IMG/VR virus record: IMGVR_UViG_3300044858_003284
Direction: 5' to 3' (one strand)
Origin: a virus
Length of the DNA stretch: 64,000 nt
Shown here: positions 1-10,852 of the stretch, piece by piece
Layout: each line of letters starts with the position of its first letter
Position numbering within the stretch: the first letter of the stretch is position 1
Notes under the pieces: generated by a model
What the model was told of the DNA's origin: nothing
What the model saw: the letters and a program-made list of their open reading frames with translations, nothing else
Databases searched by the model: none
Position numbers and translations under genes: made by a program

Positions 1-680
1 GAGAGGCGTTACACATTGCAGCTTACTCACACCTCATTGAAACACTAGGTCTACCTGAAACCACATACAATGAGTTCCTAGAGTATGAAGCGATGCGTGA
101 GAAACATGATTACATTATGGACATCTCTAGTAAGAATACCACAAGAGAGAATACTGCCACACATATTGCTGTGTTCTCCGCCTTTACTGAAGGTATGCAA
201 TTGTTTAGTTCGTTCATCATGTTATTAAACTTTGCTCGTCATGGTAAAATGAAAGGTATGGGACAAATTATTACTTGGTCGATTGTTGATGAAACTCAAC
301 ACGCAGAATCCATGATTAAATTATTCAGAACATACATAGAAGAAAATCGTGAGATTTGGAATGATGAACTCAAAGGAAAAATCTACACGGTTGCTGAGAG
401 AATGGTTCAACTAGAAGATAAGTTTATTGACCTAGCATTTGGTGTAAATCAAATGGAAGGACTCTCAGCAGAAGATGTTAAGAAGTATATTCGTTATATT
501 GCAGACCGCCGATTGATTTCATTAGGACTCAAAGGTGTGTTTAAAGTGAAAAAGAATCCTCTACCATGGGTAGAAGAAATGATTAACGCACCAACACATA
601 CTAATTTCTTTGAAAATCGTGCTACTGACTATGCAAAAGGAGCTTTGTCTGGAAATTGGGGAGATGTTTGGGCTCATTAA
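1..680 (+). CDS. nrdB: Ribonucleotide reductase class Ia beta subunit (5' truncated by window edge)
   Basis: Frame open from window start (EALHIAAY, an ExxH iron ligand). Also contains EGMQLFSSF, DETQH and the C-terminal NFFENRATDY motif. Confidence 0.95.
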   Translation, partial: EALHIAAYSHLIETLGLPETTYNEFLEYEAMREKHDYIMDISSKNTTRENTATHIAVFSAFTEGMQLFSSFIMLLNFARHGKMKGMGQIITWSIVDETQHAESMIKLFRTYIEENREIWNDELKGKIYTVAERMVQLEDKFIDLAFGVNQMEGLSAEDVKKYIRYIADRRLISLGLKGVFKVKKNPLPWVEEMINAPTHTNFFENRATDYAKGALSGNWGDVWAH

Positions 681-689
681 GGAATTTAA

Positions 690-878
690 ATGACAAACAA
701 ATCATTATCAGGTGAATGCCTGAGTTGTGAATCAACTTATAACGTATCGTATATGGAAGAAATGGTATCTCAAGACTTACCAGAACATTGTCCATTCTGT
801 GGTGAACAAATCGAAGAATTATCCGAGGACTATATAGAGGATGATGACGATGATTTGGACACTAAGGAATGGGACTAA
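690..878 (+). CDS. Small zinc-ribbon protein with acidic tail
   Basis: CxxC...CPFC; AAGGA RBS upstream. Confidence 0.7.
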   Translation: MTNKSLSGECLSCESTYNVSYMEEMVSQDLPEHCPFCGEQIEELSEDYIEDDDDDLDTKEWD

Positions 879-1282
879 ACTGGCAATATGATGGTAAAGA
901 TTTTACGGAAGACTTGATTGGTGATAATTACGGGTTCGTGTATCAGATTACTAATCTGACGAATGGTAAAAAATACATAGGCAAGAAATTTTTTTATTCT
1001 ACCAAAACCAAACAAGTCAAAGGTAAAAAGAAAAAACTCAAAGTCCAATCTAATTGGCAAACTTACTATGGAAGTAGTGACATCTTACAGAAAGATGTGT
1101 TACAATTAGGACATGAAAAATTTGTCCGTGAAATACTTCATTTATGTAAATCAAAAGGTGAATGTGGTTATCTCGAAGCAAAAGAGCAATTTGTTCGTGG
1201 TGTAATGGAAAGCGATGACTATTACAATACATGGATAATGGTACGAGTTAGAAAATCACATATAAAAGGATTACAATGTTAG
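869..1282 (+). CDS. GIY-YIG endonuclease (T4 endonuclease II-like)
   Basis: GFVY...KKYIGKK, YYGSS, E...YYN motifs. Confidence 0.85.
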   Translation: MGLNWQYDGKDFTEDLIGDNYGFVYQITNLTNGKKYIGKKFFYSTKTKQVKGKKKKLKVQSNWQTYYGSSDILQKDVLQLGHEKFVREILHLCKSKGECGYLEAKEQFVRGVMESDDYYNTWIMVRVRKSHIKGLQC

Positions 1283-1623
1283 AAATGTTAAAGCCTCTGA
1301 AAGATGAAAAATTAGATTTTCTTTATTTTTTGGCAGGTGAAACAGAAGATCAAATTCACATCATGAGTTCACAGTATGCAAATCCTGGTGAAAAGATTGG
1401 TGGAAATTCATTAGGTGATTTATATCACATTGTATTGTTCCGTGAGAGTAAAGAGAATTCGGAAGAATATGATGATGTTGATGAATTTGAAGCAATTCTT
1501 GCCTGTCCGTTAGAATACGCTTCTGGTTTAATACCAGGTGGATTTTTTGGTATAATTGCCAGAAAGACTACCACATCAGACAAACTCGTAAACAAAATTC
1601 TTGCCTTAATGAAAAAGAAGTGA
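1276..1623 (+). CDS. Hypothetical protein
   Basis: 115 aa ORF with AAAGGA RBS, overlapping the upstream stop. Confidence 0.7.
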   Translation: MLEMLKPLKDEKLDFLYFLAGETEDQIHIMSSQYANPGEKIGGNSLGDLYHIVLFRESKENSEEYDDVDEFEAILACPLEYASGLIPGGFFGIIARKTTTSDKLVNKILALMKKK

Positions 1624-1629
1624 TATAAT
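1601..1629 (+). promoter_or_regulatory. sigma70-type promoter for rnh
   Basis: TTGCCT, 17 nt spacer ending TGa, TATAAT. Confidence 0.6.
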
Positions 1630-1656
1630 ATAATTTTGAAACTGTGAAAGTTTGTT

Positions 1657-2502
1657 ATGATTCTCGTTGACTTAAATCAAGTATTACTGGCCGGTCTTAT
1701 GGCTCAAATTGCCAACCATAAAGGCAAATTAGATGAAAACCTAATTCGTCATATGGTGTTAAACATCATTCGTAATCACCTGAAGAACTTTAGAGGTGAA
1801 TATGGTGAAGTTGTTCTTTGTTGTGATAACCGTAAATACTGGCGCAAAGAATTCTTTCCATTCTACAAAGCATCTCGCAAAAAGAATCGTGAAAAGTCGG
1901 ATTTAGATTGGCATCTGATTTTCGACATTCTTGCTAAACTAAAGCAAGAACTCAAAGAAAATTTCCCATATAAAGTAATTGATGTAGAAGGTGCCGAAGC
2001 GGATGATATCATTGGCACCCTGGTACCAATTTATTCACCACACCAAAAGGTTTTGATTCTTTCAAGTGATGGTGACTTTCTACAATTACAAATGTATGGT
2101 GAGAATGTCAAACAATACAACCCATCTCAAAAGAAATTCATAAAGTCTATAGACCCACTCTCAGAACTAAAAGAGAAAATCATTCGTGGCGACAAAGGTG
2201 ATGGCATACCAAACATTTTCTCTCCAGCTGATTGTTTTGTCCGTGATTTAAGACAGAAACCTATTACTCAAAAGGTCATTGAGAAATACATGGCCGAACA
2301 TTATGGTGAATGGCAAGATGAATCAGCGAGAACTGGTTTCTCTCGTAACCAGACACTAATCGATCTTAGAAACATTCCCGGCGACATCAAACAGAAAATT
2401 ATAAATAGTTATGAGGAGACAAAACCTGCCAGAGGTAAGTTACTCAATTATTTTATTGAACATAAACTGAAAAATCTGATGGAAGTGATCGAGGAATTTT
2501 AA
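1657..2502 (+). CDS. rnh: RNase H / 5'-3' exonuclease (T4 rnh family)
   Basis: MILVDLNQ, WRKEFFPFYKASRK, EADDIIG, SSDGDFLQL, GDKGDGIPN motifs. Confidence 0.93.
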   Translation: MILVDLNQVLLAGLMAQIANHKGKLDENLIRHMVLNIIRNHLKNFRGEYGEVVLCCDNRKYWRKEFFPFYKASRKKNREKSDLDWHLIFDILAKLKQELKENFPYKVIDVEGAEADDIIGTLVPIYSPHQKVLILSSDGDFLQLQMYGENVKQYNPSQKKFIKSIDPLSELKEKIIRGDKGDGIPNIFSPADCFVRDLRQKPITQKVIEKYMAEHYGEWQDESARTGFSRNQTLIDLRNIPGDIKQKIINSYEETKPARGKLLNYFIEHKLKNLMEVIEEF

Positions 2503-2924
2503 TGAAGAACATTTATGAAATATTTGATGAATTTGAAGAAGCTACATCTAAAAAAGACAGAATGGCGGTAATTGAAAAGAATTTATCAAAAACATTGGTA
2601 CAAGTTTTAGAATTGGCATTTCATCCAGCATATGAATGGTTAATAACCGAAATGCCGGTTGAATATAAGATACCTGATACATTACCTGGAGTTTCAAGGT
2701 GTCAGTTATCAACAGAAATTCGAAAATTGTATTTGTTTAGAAAAGGTGATGCATCTGCTGAAAAATTGTCGGATGAAAAGAGAAAACAATTACTATTACA
2801 GTTAATTGAATCTATTGAACCGAGAGAAGCAGAAGTTGTTATTGGTATATTGAGTAAAGACTTAGGTGTTAAAGGTTTAAACTATAAGTTTGTCAAAGAG
2901 GCTTTTCCACAACTTTTACCATAA
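2502..2924 (+). CDS. Conserved T4-like hypothetical protein downstream of rnh
   Basis: Translationally coupled (TAATG); pattern typical of the gene following rnh in aquatic T4-like phages. Confidence 0.7.
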   Translation: MKNIYEIFDEFEEATSKKDRMAVIEKNLSKTLVQVLELAFHPAYEWLITEMPVEYKIPDTLPGVSRCQLSTEIRKLYLFRKGDASAEKLSDEKRKQLLLQLIESIEPREAEVVIGILSKDLGVKGLNYKFVKEAFPQLLP

Positions 2925-3295
2925 TGTATCCGAAAGACAGAATAATAGTAGTAACAGGAAAATTTGATCCACTAACAAATCACGAATTAAGTTATCTACA
3001 GAAGTGTAGGAGAAAAGGTGATTGGCTTGTTGTCGGTGTTCATTCAGATTGGTACTTAGCCTGGTGTGATGGTGGCTTTATGCAAAACTACGAATCACGC
3101 AGAAATATCATAAAAGCTCTAAAATGCGTAGATGAAGTCTTTTCATTTAACGATTCTGATGGCACCGTCTGCCAACTTCTCAAAATTATAAAAGCTTGTT
3201 ATCCTGATGCAAATATAACTTATATTTCTGAAGATGACATGTTTAATATGCCAGAAACAAAAATAAAAGGCATCAATTTTGAAACCATGAGATAG
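2924..3295 (+). CDS. Cytidylyltransferase-like protein (degenerate HxGH motif)
   Basis: VVTGKFDPL...GDWLVVGVHSD...R..II.ALKCVDEV fold signature. Confidence 0.75.
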   Translation: MYPKDRIIVVTGKFDPLTNHELSYLQKCRRKGDWLVVGVHSDWYLAWCDGGFMQNYESRRNIIKALKCVDEVFSFNDSDGTVCQLLKIIKACYPDANITYISEDDMFNMPETKIKGINFETMR

Positions 3296-3304
3296 GAGAA
3301 CTAA

Positions 3305-3487
3305 GTGACAAAATTTGTAGGCAAGTTTCGTAAAAATAAAGACTACAATGATGATTATAACTACGCCAAAACAGCATTACACACAAAAAGACGTAGAGGC
3401 GAACATCCAGAAGTAAAAAAGCAGTTAAAGCATTGGCAAGACGAAGAATACGAAGAATTAGAAATTTCACATAGTAAGAATTTGTAA
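3305..3487 (+). CDS. Hypothetical protein
   Basis: AGGAG RBS, GTG start. Confidence 0.6.
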   Translation: MTKFVGKFRKNKDYNDDYNYAKTALHTKRRRGEHPEVKKQLKHWQDEEYEELEISHSKNL

Positions 3488-3561
3488 GTTTACCACTATT
3501 TTTTCGATTTTTGAGCATAAGTAAGTATGCTGCCGTTTCAAATAAAAGGTATTGGTATTAA

Positions 3562-3614
3562 TGTTGTTCCAATACAACACATCTATTGACTTATTCTCTT
3601 TTCCGTGATACAAT
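3562..3614 (+). promoter_or_regulatory. Early promoter with TGTTG-N8-CAACA operator
   Basis: Palindrome 3562-3579; TTGACT 3586-3591; 17 nt spacer; TGa-TACAAT 3609-3614. Confidence 0.8.
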
Positions 3615-3640
3615 GGTTCTTCTACAATGGAGAATTGTTT

Positions 3641-3985
3641 ATGATGATCTACGGATATATTCCAAAATCCAAAAAACGTAAAGTTTCAAAGTTAGTTCAA
3701 CAGCGTAATGCAGAATGGTTGGCTTCTATCGAAGCAATATCACCAAAACGTAATATTACCACTTCCATCAAAAAATCAATCACAGATTATTCTCCAAAGA
3801 TTCCTCCTGGCCGTGAAACTCCCCGTTATGCGTCCTCAGATACAGGTTTTGTGCCTTGCACGAAAAAACTTCCATTTTCTTATACAGGTGACAAAATGAA
3901 AGGTGTGGCAACAATGCACAAGTCAAATGCCGTGCCGGTTTTCACGGATATAGAAGCAAAAGAAATTTCTAGCATGCGGAGATAG
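3641..3985 (+). CDS. Hypothetical protein (conserved in aquatic T4-like phages)
   Basis: GGAG RBS before ATG 3641; C-terminal YTG..MKGVATMHKSNAVPVF...ISSMRR motif. Confidence 0.7.
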   Translation: MMIYGYIPKSKKRKVSKLVQQRNAEWLASIEAISPKRNITTSIKKSITDYSPKIPPGRETPRYASSDTGFVPCTKKLPFSYTGDKMKGVATMHKSNAVPVFTDIEAKEISSMRR

Positions 3986-4474
3986 TCAAAAATGAATCCA
4001 AAAGGTTGGAATAATGAAGATTGGGACGATTATGAGGAATATTTGCAAAATTTGTCTGCCAAGGAGCTAGAAATTGAGTTAAAATTGCTTAAATCGCTCG
4101 GAGAAGCGAAAAAAGAAGGCAAAATTATCGTTCCGAATGAAACTTTTTATAAAATGTGAGGTAAATATGTTAACACAATGGGAAGAAACGCAAATTTATC
4201 GTGGAATTGACGAAATTATGCATAATCTGCGTCATATACCAGCTGATGATGTCGCTCATTTTCTGGTAAAATTCAATCCGAAGCTTGCCGAAGAGCTGGC
4301 AACTGCAATTGAGCAACGAATTTTCGATAAAATAGAAGGAAAAAGACATGAATGAGATTCCTCAAAATATTTGGATGTCAGCGATTGCAGAAGATGAAGA
4401 AATTCCTGCGTGGAAACGCTTGGATATCGTAACTCGCAAGTGGGCTGTTTTGTCTGGAATGGAAAAAGACTTAA

Positions 4475-4681
4475 ATGACTATCAAAAACGCAAAGAATAT
4501 TACCAATAAGAGATATTCAACAAAAATTGTTGATGCAAACGATGGTACGGGTGATGGTATTCTAATTCTTCCTGAAGAAATTGTGAAATACAATCATTGG
4601 AAAGAAGGACAGGCCATTGAAATGGAATATAGAGAAGGAAAACTCTACCTAAAAGCCTTACCGGAACAGAGTGTTGCTTAA
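4475..4681 (+). CDS. AbrB/MazE/SpoVT-like DNA-binding protein
   Basis: DGILILPEEIV...WKEGQAIEM...LYLK pattern. Confidence 0.55.
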   Translation: MTIKNAKNITNKRYSTKIVDANDGTGDGILILPEEIVKYNHWKEGQAIEMEYREGKLYLKALPEQSVA

Positions 4682-4734
4682 AAACAACAGTATGAAAGTT
4701 ACCGCTTGACGGTAGATGATTTTTATGAGATAAT
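4672..4734 (+). promoter_or_regulatory. Early promoter with TGTTG-N8-CAACA operator
   Basis: Palindrome 4672-4689; TTGACG 4706-4711; 17 nt spacer; TGa-GATAAT 4729-4734. Confidence 0.75.
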
Positions 4735-4757
4735 ACTATTATTAACTCGGAGAATCT

Positions 4758-6866
4758 ATGGAACTAATTCAATCTAAATCACTACTTGCCAAACTAATGG
4801 CAAATGAAAATCTTACTATCGAACAGCGTAACACTAACACTGCTGCATTTGATGTAAAGAATCGTATTCTTACGGTTCCTGTCCTTGACAAAAATATCTC
4901 AGGTTATCTCTATGACCTTTTTCTAGGTCATGAAGTTGGTCATGCACTCTATACTCCGTTAGATGGTATGATGAAAGCACACGAAGAAAAAATACCAATG
5001 GGTATTATGAATGTGTTAGAAGATTCTCGTATTGAACGTAAAATCAAAAACAAATATCCTGGCATTCGTACCTCTTTTGTTCGTGGTTATCGTGAGTTGA
5101 TTGAAAAAGATTTCTTTGGTACCAACGGTGTCGATTTGAATGATATGAATTTTATTGACCGTGTAAATCTCTACACCAAAGGCGGTGCAGCACAAGGTAT
5201 TAAATTCAATGATGAAGAACGTGGTTTAGTTAATGAGATTGAATCTACTGAAACATATGATGATGTAATCCAGTTAGCATACAAAATAATGGCGTATATG
5301 AAAAAAGAAAAAGAAGAACGCCAAGTAACTATTCCTGAATTCGAAGAAGATCCAGATGGTGATTTTTCGGCCGATGGTTATGAAGATTCGGATGAGTTTG
5401 ATGATGAAACAATTGAAAAGTTTGGTCAACCAAATTCAAACACCGATGAATCGATGGAAGAAATTGATGATGGTCGTAAACAAGATTTACGTGGCCACGA
5501 AGGTGGTGATGAATCTGGTTTAGATTCTCAAACAGATAAATCGTATCGTCAGAATGAAAGCAAACTATTTGAATCAAGTAACAGGCATTTCTATTATGGT
5601 AATATCAACGATATCGATTTGAAGAAAGCCGTTGTACCATACAAACAATTGTGGACTGAATACAAAAACGATTTGGCCAAATACAGTATTTCTGGTATCG
5701 ATACAAATGAATTCTTAAAAATTCGTAATGATGCTAAAAAAGTTGTAAGTTATTTGGCTAAAGAATTCGAGTTGCGTAAGAATGCCGACCAACAAAAACG
5801 TGCATCGATTGCCAAAACTGGTGAACTGAATCTCAACAAAGTTTATGCTTATAAATTCACCGAAGATATTTTCAAACGCATGACTGTGTTACCAGAAGGC
5901 AAATCACATGGTCTCGTAATGTTCCTTGATTGGTCTGGTTCTATGTCTGACCACATGGAAAACACCATGAAGCAATTAATCAATCTGGTCATGTTCTGTA
6001 AGAAAGTAAATATTCCTTACGAAGTATATGCTTTTACTTCTGAACATTCTGATAAGTATAATGTTGAATTCAAAGAAGGTGATTTAGATTTACATGGTTT
6101 CAAACTAATGAATTTGTTATCAAGTAAAATGTCCGCTTCTGAATTCACATACGCTTGTTCTGCTTTGGTGTGTTCTGCTAAACCTAGAGCAATGCGACCA
6201 CACTGGATGCAACTCGGTGGTACTCCATTGTATGAGAGTGTAATTGCTGCCATGAAGATTATTCCAGAATTTCAGAAGAATTACAAATTACAAATTGTAA
6301 ACACCGTGTTTCTTACCGATGGCGAAGGCAATCCTGTAAGAAATATTATGTTCTCACATACAAATAGTGATGGCAAAGAACAACGTTTATCTGGTTACAA
6401 CAATGCAGATTTGGATTTCGGTAATTCATATGGTAGAGATAAAGTTTTCGTGATTCGTGATCCAATTACTAAACACGAAGAAAAAGTTTACAATGGTTAT
6501 GGTAATGAGTTGATGAGTGCTTATATCAAAATGTTGAAAGTAAGAACACAATGTAATATCATTGGTTTCTATGTGTTATCTGGCCGTGAGTTTGGTCGTG
6601 TTGCACATAACTTTTATCCAAGATCATCAGATCATGCCAAACTAAAAGCAGAGTTTCGTAAAGAGAAATATAAGATTGTGACCAATGCTGGTTTCGATGA
6701 ATATTATCTCTTACGATCAGAAGGCCTAGATACGGATGATGATACTGAATTCGTTGTAAAAGAAAATGCAACCACTCGTGGTCTTGTATCCGCTTTTACA
6801 AAGTATGCAGGTAATCGTTTATCAAACCGTGTTGTATTAAATCGATTTATTGGACTTATTGCATGA
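4758..6866 (+). CDS. Metallopeptidase-like plus VWA domain protein (CobT-like MoxR partner)
   Basis: HEVGH (HExxH) and NVLEDSRIE; acidic linker; MIDAS DWSGSM, GGTPL, FLTDG. Confidence 0.88.
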   Translation: MELIQSKSLLAKLMANENLTIEQRNTNTAAFDVKNRILTVPVLDKNISGYLYDLFLGHEVGHALYTPLDGMMKAHEEKIPMGIMNVLEDSRIERKIKNKYPGIRTSFVRGYRELIEKDFFGTNGVDLNDMNFIDRVNLYTKGGAAQGIKFNDEERGLVNEIESTETYDDVIQLAYKIMAYMKKEKEERQVTIPEFEEDPDGDFSADGYEDSDEFDDETIEKFGQPNSNTDESMEEIDDGRKQDLRGHEGGDESGLDSQTDKSYRQNESKLFESSNRHFYYGNINDIDLKKAVVPYKQLWTEYKNDLAKYSISGIDTNEFLKIRNDAKKVVSYLAKEFELRKNADQQKRASIAKTGELNLNKVYAYKFTEDIFKRMTVLPEGKSHGLVMFLDWSGSMSDHMENTMKQLINLVMFCKKVNIPYEVYAFTSEHSDKYNVEFKEGDLDLHGFKLMNLLSSKMSASEFTYACSALVCSAKPRAMRPHWMQLGGTPLYESVIAAMKIIPEFQKNYKLQIVNTVFLTDGEGNPVRNIMFSHTNSDGKEQRLSGYNNADLDFGNSYGRDKVFVIRDPITKHEEKVYNGYGNELMSAYIKMLKVRTQCNIIGFYVLSGREFGRVAHNFYPRSSDHAKLKAEFRKEKYKIVTNAGFDEYYLLRSEGLDTDDDTEFVVKENATTRGLVSAFTKYAGNRLSNRVVLNRFIGLIA

Positions 6867-8128
6867 GCAGAGAGATTGCATCATTCTTGGGTGAAGAAGG
6901 TAACCTAAAAGCTACCGTATATCACGATGAACGCTACGATAAACCTTATGTTGTTGAATACAACATTTGTGATGAATATCATGCAAAACTACATTATGAA
7001 AATGAGAATGATGCAATCGAAGCTGCCAAGCAATTCACTTTATAAGGATTAAAATGAAACTTTCCACTTTTATGAATGGTGATAAGAAAGCAATTGTTGA
7101 ACGTGCTGAATACACTTATTCAATCGTATATTATCTTAATGACAAAGTAATTAAAAAAGAAACAACGAATGATTATCAGCGAGCCGAAGATTTGGCTGAA
7201 GATTATGTTTTGGCTGAAGAAAAGAAAGGTCCTGATTTTTTAGTTGAAAGGTGGAACAATGTCTAATATGATTGCTGAAGATGGATTTGATCCTAAGAAG
7301 ATTGCTGATGAAATGATCAAACGGTGCCTTGATGCCAGAGAATGGCACATCCAATGTTATGTGCAAGAAGAATGGTTTATTAATGGCGTTGTTCCGTTTA
7401 CGATTTCTATGAAAGATGGTTTATATACGTGCAAAGTGATTGCACCAACCAGACAAGATGCAATTCGTAAAGTAGAAGAATATATGCCTGTAATTAAAAT
7501 TGTAGAGAATGATGGAAAATAAAACAAGAGAAACACTTATTATATTACAAGAAGAATGTGCCGAAGTAATTCAAGCCTCATCTAAGATATTTCGTTTTGG
7601 TTTTGATTCATGTTATCCAACCGAAGATTCACCAACAACAAGAGAATGTCTAACGATGGAACTAGGTCAATTACTTTGTATGGTTGCTTTATTGGTTGAC
7701 CAGAAGGTAGTTGATGAAAATGAATTAATGAATTACATGGAACTCAAAAAGAAGAAGTTAGAAAAATGGTCGAGTATTTTCAAAGATGCATCCTGACGAA
7801 CTATTGAAATTTCTGAAGCATCTTTTGCCTTGGGCACCTCACGGTTCATATATCAGAAATCAGATACAAAATATGATTAATCAGATAAAGGCAAGCAGGC
7901 AATAACATATATAGAGGTATGTTAGAATATCTCCGTTTATCTCTCTTTATTATTGCCATTACGATGGCCTATGCCTATACGTCTAATGATGATTACCACA
8001 AAAGATTTGACAAAATGATTGAAATACAGTATAATTGTAGTAAGTTGAGCTATGATGCTCCAATAGATGTGGTAACTATGTGTAACGATGGAAGGAGATT
8101 TGTAATTGTTAAAGCCTATCAAGAATAA
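6863..8128 (+). other. Cluster of small hypothetical ORFs (6863-7045, 7054-7266, ~7259-7522, 7509-7796, 7919-8128)
   Basis: Tightly packed, coupled ORFs. 7509-7796 has a MazG-like pattern (LQEECAEVIQA.SK..RFG...ELG). Confidence 0.6.
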
Positions 8129-8366
8129 TGTAATTGTTGAGTTGATCGAAAAAGAAAAGGTTACCAGCTCTGGTATTGTCCTTTCATCGGCCGATCCAGC
8201 AGAAGCCAATCGTGCTAAAGTAGTTTTCCTTGGACCTGATGTAGAAACTGTTCAGAAAGGTGACTTTGTATTACCTAACTGGAATTCAGCCCGCAAGACA
8301 AAATATGATGGTACAGACTATTATATTGTAAGTGAAGAAGAAATTGTTTTAATTTTTGGAGATTAA
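8106..8366 (+). CDS. groES: GroES/Cpn10 co-chaperonin
   Basis: LKPIKNNVIVE...TSSGIVL...VVFLGPDV..V.KGD.VL...EEEIV; AGGAG RBS, TTG start. Confidence 0.85.
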   Translation: MLKPIKNNVIVELIEKEKVTSSGIVLSSADPAEANRAKVVFLGPDVETVQKGDFVLPNWNSARKTKYDGTDYYIVSEEEIVLIFGD

Positions 8367-10449
8367 TATGCCATTTGATATTACTAATGAAGAATATATT
8401 GCCGTTTTAGAAACTGAAAAAGAAACACTTCTACGACACTATTACAAACCTCAATCTGAAGGTACAGGACATTTTAATACGGCTGCTTCCGTATTACAAC
8501 ACCGTATTGATGAGATTCGTAAAGAAATGGGTTCAACACTACAATAGGAGAATGGTATGACCACGTTTACAACTGACGATAGAAAATCAGCCTATGATCC
8601 AGGTTTAGGTTGTGTAACACCATCTTCTGCCAATGGCATGGAAGAACCAGACCTTGTTGCAGAAGCACCTTATCATCCAGGTTATGAAGATGCGGTCATT
8701 GAAAGTAAACGATTAACTATTCTATCAAAAGAATTTGATGAGTTACTTAAAGTGAAAGATCGTCATGTTACCACCTCGGCTAAGATTATTGAGTTTCTGA
8801 AAGGTGGTCAGAAATGGGATCGTTAGTCCAACTTGATTTATTTCCAGACAATGAACAACTCTCTTTTAACTTTGAACAAACCATGCAAAAATTAGGACCG
8901 TCTTTTACAGTTACCACAAATAATCTTACCGCTGCCACCGAAGAAGAGGCAATAACCATTTCTAATGAATATGTGAAAGAAACAACATGATTACATTTTT
9001 AGGCATTATTGGCTTTATCATCACCGTGTTAGTGGCCATACCAGCAACACTCATCGCTTTCGCAACACTCATTGAGCATCCGATCCGTACCGTGATTACT
9101 CTCTGGATGACTCTCATCGAGACCTACAAGGACCTCTGGCGTAACCTCACTCAATAACGAAACGCAGCTGCGAAACGTAACATTATATCATGGCAAAACT
9201 CCTAATACCATCTCTCTTAATCCTCTGCGTTTCCGCCGCCTCCGGCCAAGAAGCGCCTTCCGCATCCGAGATCGCAAAAGATTCTAAAGGTAAAGAAATT
9301 CTTCTCCAATGTCGGCCTCAGAAGCCGCTGAGCCATACTTGGATTTGCACCGACCAGAATGGTAAAATAATTTCCAATTTACTCATTAAAGAGAGGGACG
9401 CTAAATGAGGCTTCTACACATCTTCCAGTTCTGGACTTATCCGTCCCTCTGGCTCACTACTCGATTCTGGTATTGGAAAGAAACCACACCTAAAGGTTAT
9501 CTTCTTCTGACTATCTGTGGTATCGCAATGGTCTTTGACCGAGCAGATAGGTTTATATGAACGGCCGCCAATGGAAAGACGGAGAGACCGCTGCTCACTT
9601 TCTCTATTACGATGAAACTGGCCGAATCGTTGGTGAAGTGAACCGTGCTGGACATCAGATTAATACGAAACATACCACCACCGTTTATCCTAATGCCAGT
9701 CAAACACTTTCATTAGGCATGTATATTAATTCTGATACCGCTAAGGCAGCCGTAGAGAAATTCTGGTTAATACAAGAAAGGACTTTAATTGAACATGAAT
9801 AACGAAATGAAAGAATTATTAAAGAAACACAATATTGGATATAACCAACAAACCATTCATATTTCAGGTACCAGAATGGTTGAATTCTGTACCGATATCT
9901 CAGGTAAATGGGTACCAATCCAGGATGTGATGCAGCTGGTAGAGAGAATCAATGAACTAGAGAAACAACTCCATGGGAGTAGATAATGAAAGTAATACTA
10001 CAAGAAGTACCAGAAATATCAGGATCCACCTATCGGTTAATTGCTGAGACCGAACCTGGTCTTGGTGGCTATACCACTCTGACCTTCTCTAGTATATGGA
10101 CTGGTGCCAAGAAACCAGACGAACCACACATTAAGTACCGAGTCCACCTCACAGATGAAGCAAAGAAACACCTTAAAGAAATACTATGAAAATTCTATTA
10201 TTATGCCTCTCTGTGATCCTTACTGGATGCTCTACGATTGCACAATATCCAGTCACAGCGGCTTCAATGACTATATGGGGAACCACAGGTAAGACTACAG
10301 GTGACCATGTGCTTTCTTTTGTAACTGGTAAAGACTGCGTAACTCTCCGTATTTTTTCACAATATGAAAACGAGTATATCTGCGAAGAAGTGGTAGAAGA
10401 AAAAATCTATGAGATACGAGGACTGGATAAAGTCTTGGCAAAAAAGTAG
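8356..10449 (+). other. Cluster of small hypothetical ORFs, including secreted/lipoprotein-like ones (9190-9408, 10186-10449)
   Basis: Coupled small ORFs. 10186 begins with a lipobox (LTGC); 9190 has a signal-peptide-like N-terminus. Confidence 0.55.
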
Positions 10450-10791
10450 GATCCTCTGGGGCCACCTGGAAAAAAATTTAGGAATTCGAAAATCCTGAAA
10501 AAATAGCCGAGAAAAAAAGTTACTGAATATCCAATCCGACCACCAGCAAAACTTTTTTAGCACTGCTATTCTGCGCTGAATAGCCTGTATTACTCCCCGA
10601 GCCGTGCCCCGTATACGATTCGGAGCAGCCTCTCAGAGCACCGCACCGTTCCGACTCAATCCCCACACGGACTCCACAGGGGCTCCCGTACCAAAATCCA
10701 CGAAAAATCTCGGTGGCCACCAATACCTGACCAATCCGGTCAAGAATTATCCTCAATGGCCTCAATGGCTTACGGCATGCAAAAATACCAT

Positions 10792-10819
10792 TTGACAAGC
10801 CCGCCAATACCTGTATAAT
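10792..10819 (+). promoter_or_regulatory. Consensus sigma70 early promoter
   Basis: TTGACA, 16 nt spacer, TATAAT. Confidence 0.8.
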
Positions 10820-10852
10820 AATCTCATTAACTCAGAAAAGAAAGGTATTAAA

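Noticed and set aside
869-1282. GIY-YIG ORF as an intron-encoded homing endonuclease in nrdB
   Set aside because: The visible part of nrdB is uninterrupted. The ORF is free-standing, short and lacks a C-terminal DNA-binding domain.
10520-10807. ORFs 10520-10807 (-) and 10604-10795 (+)
   Set aside because: Atypical composition and no RBS; more likely chance ORFs in a GC-richer non-coding island.
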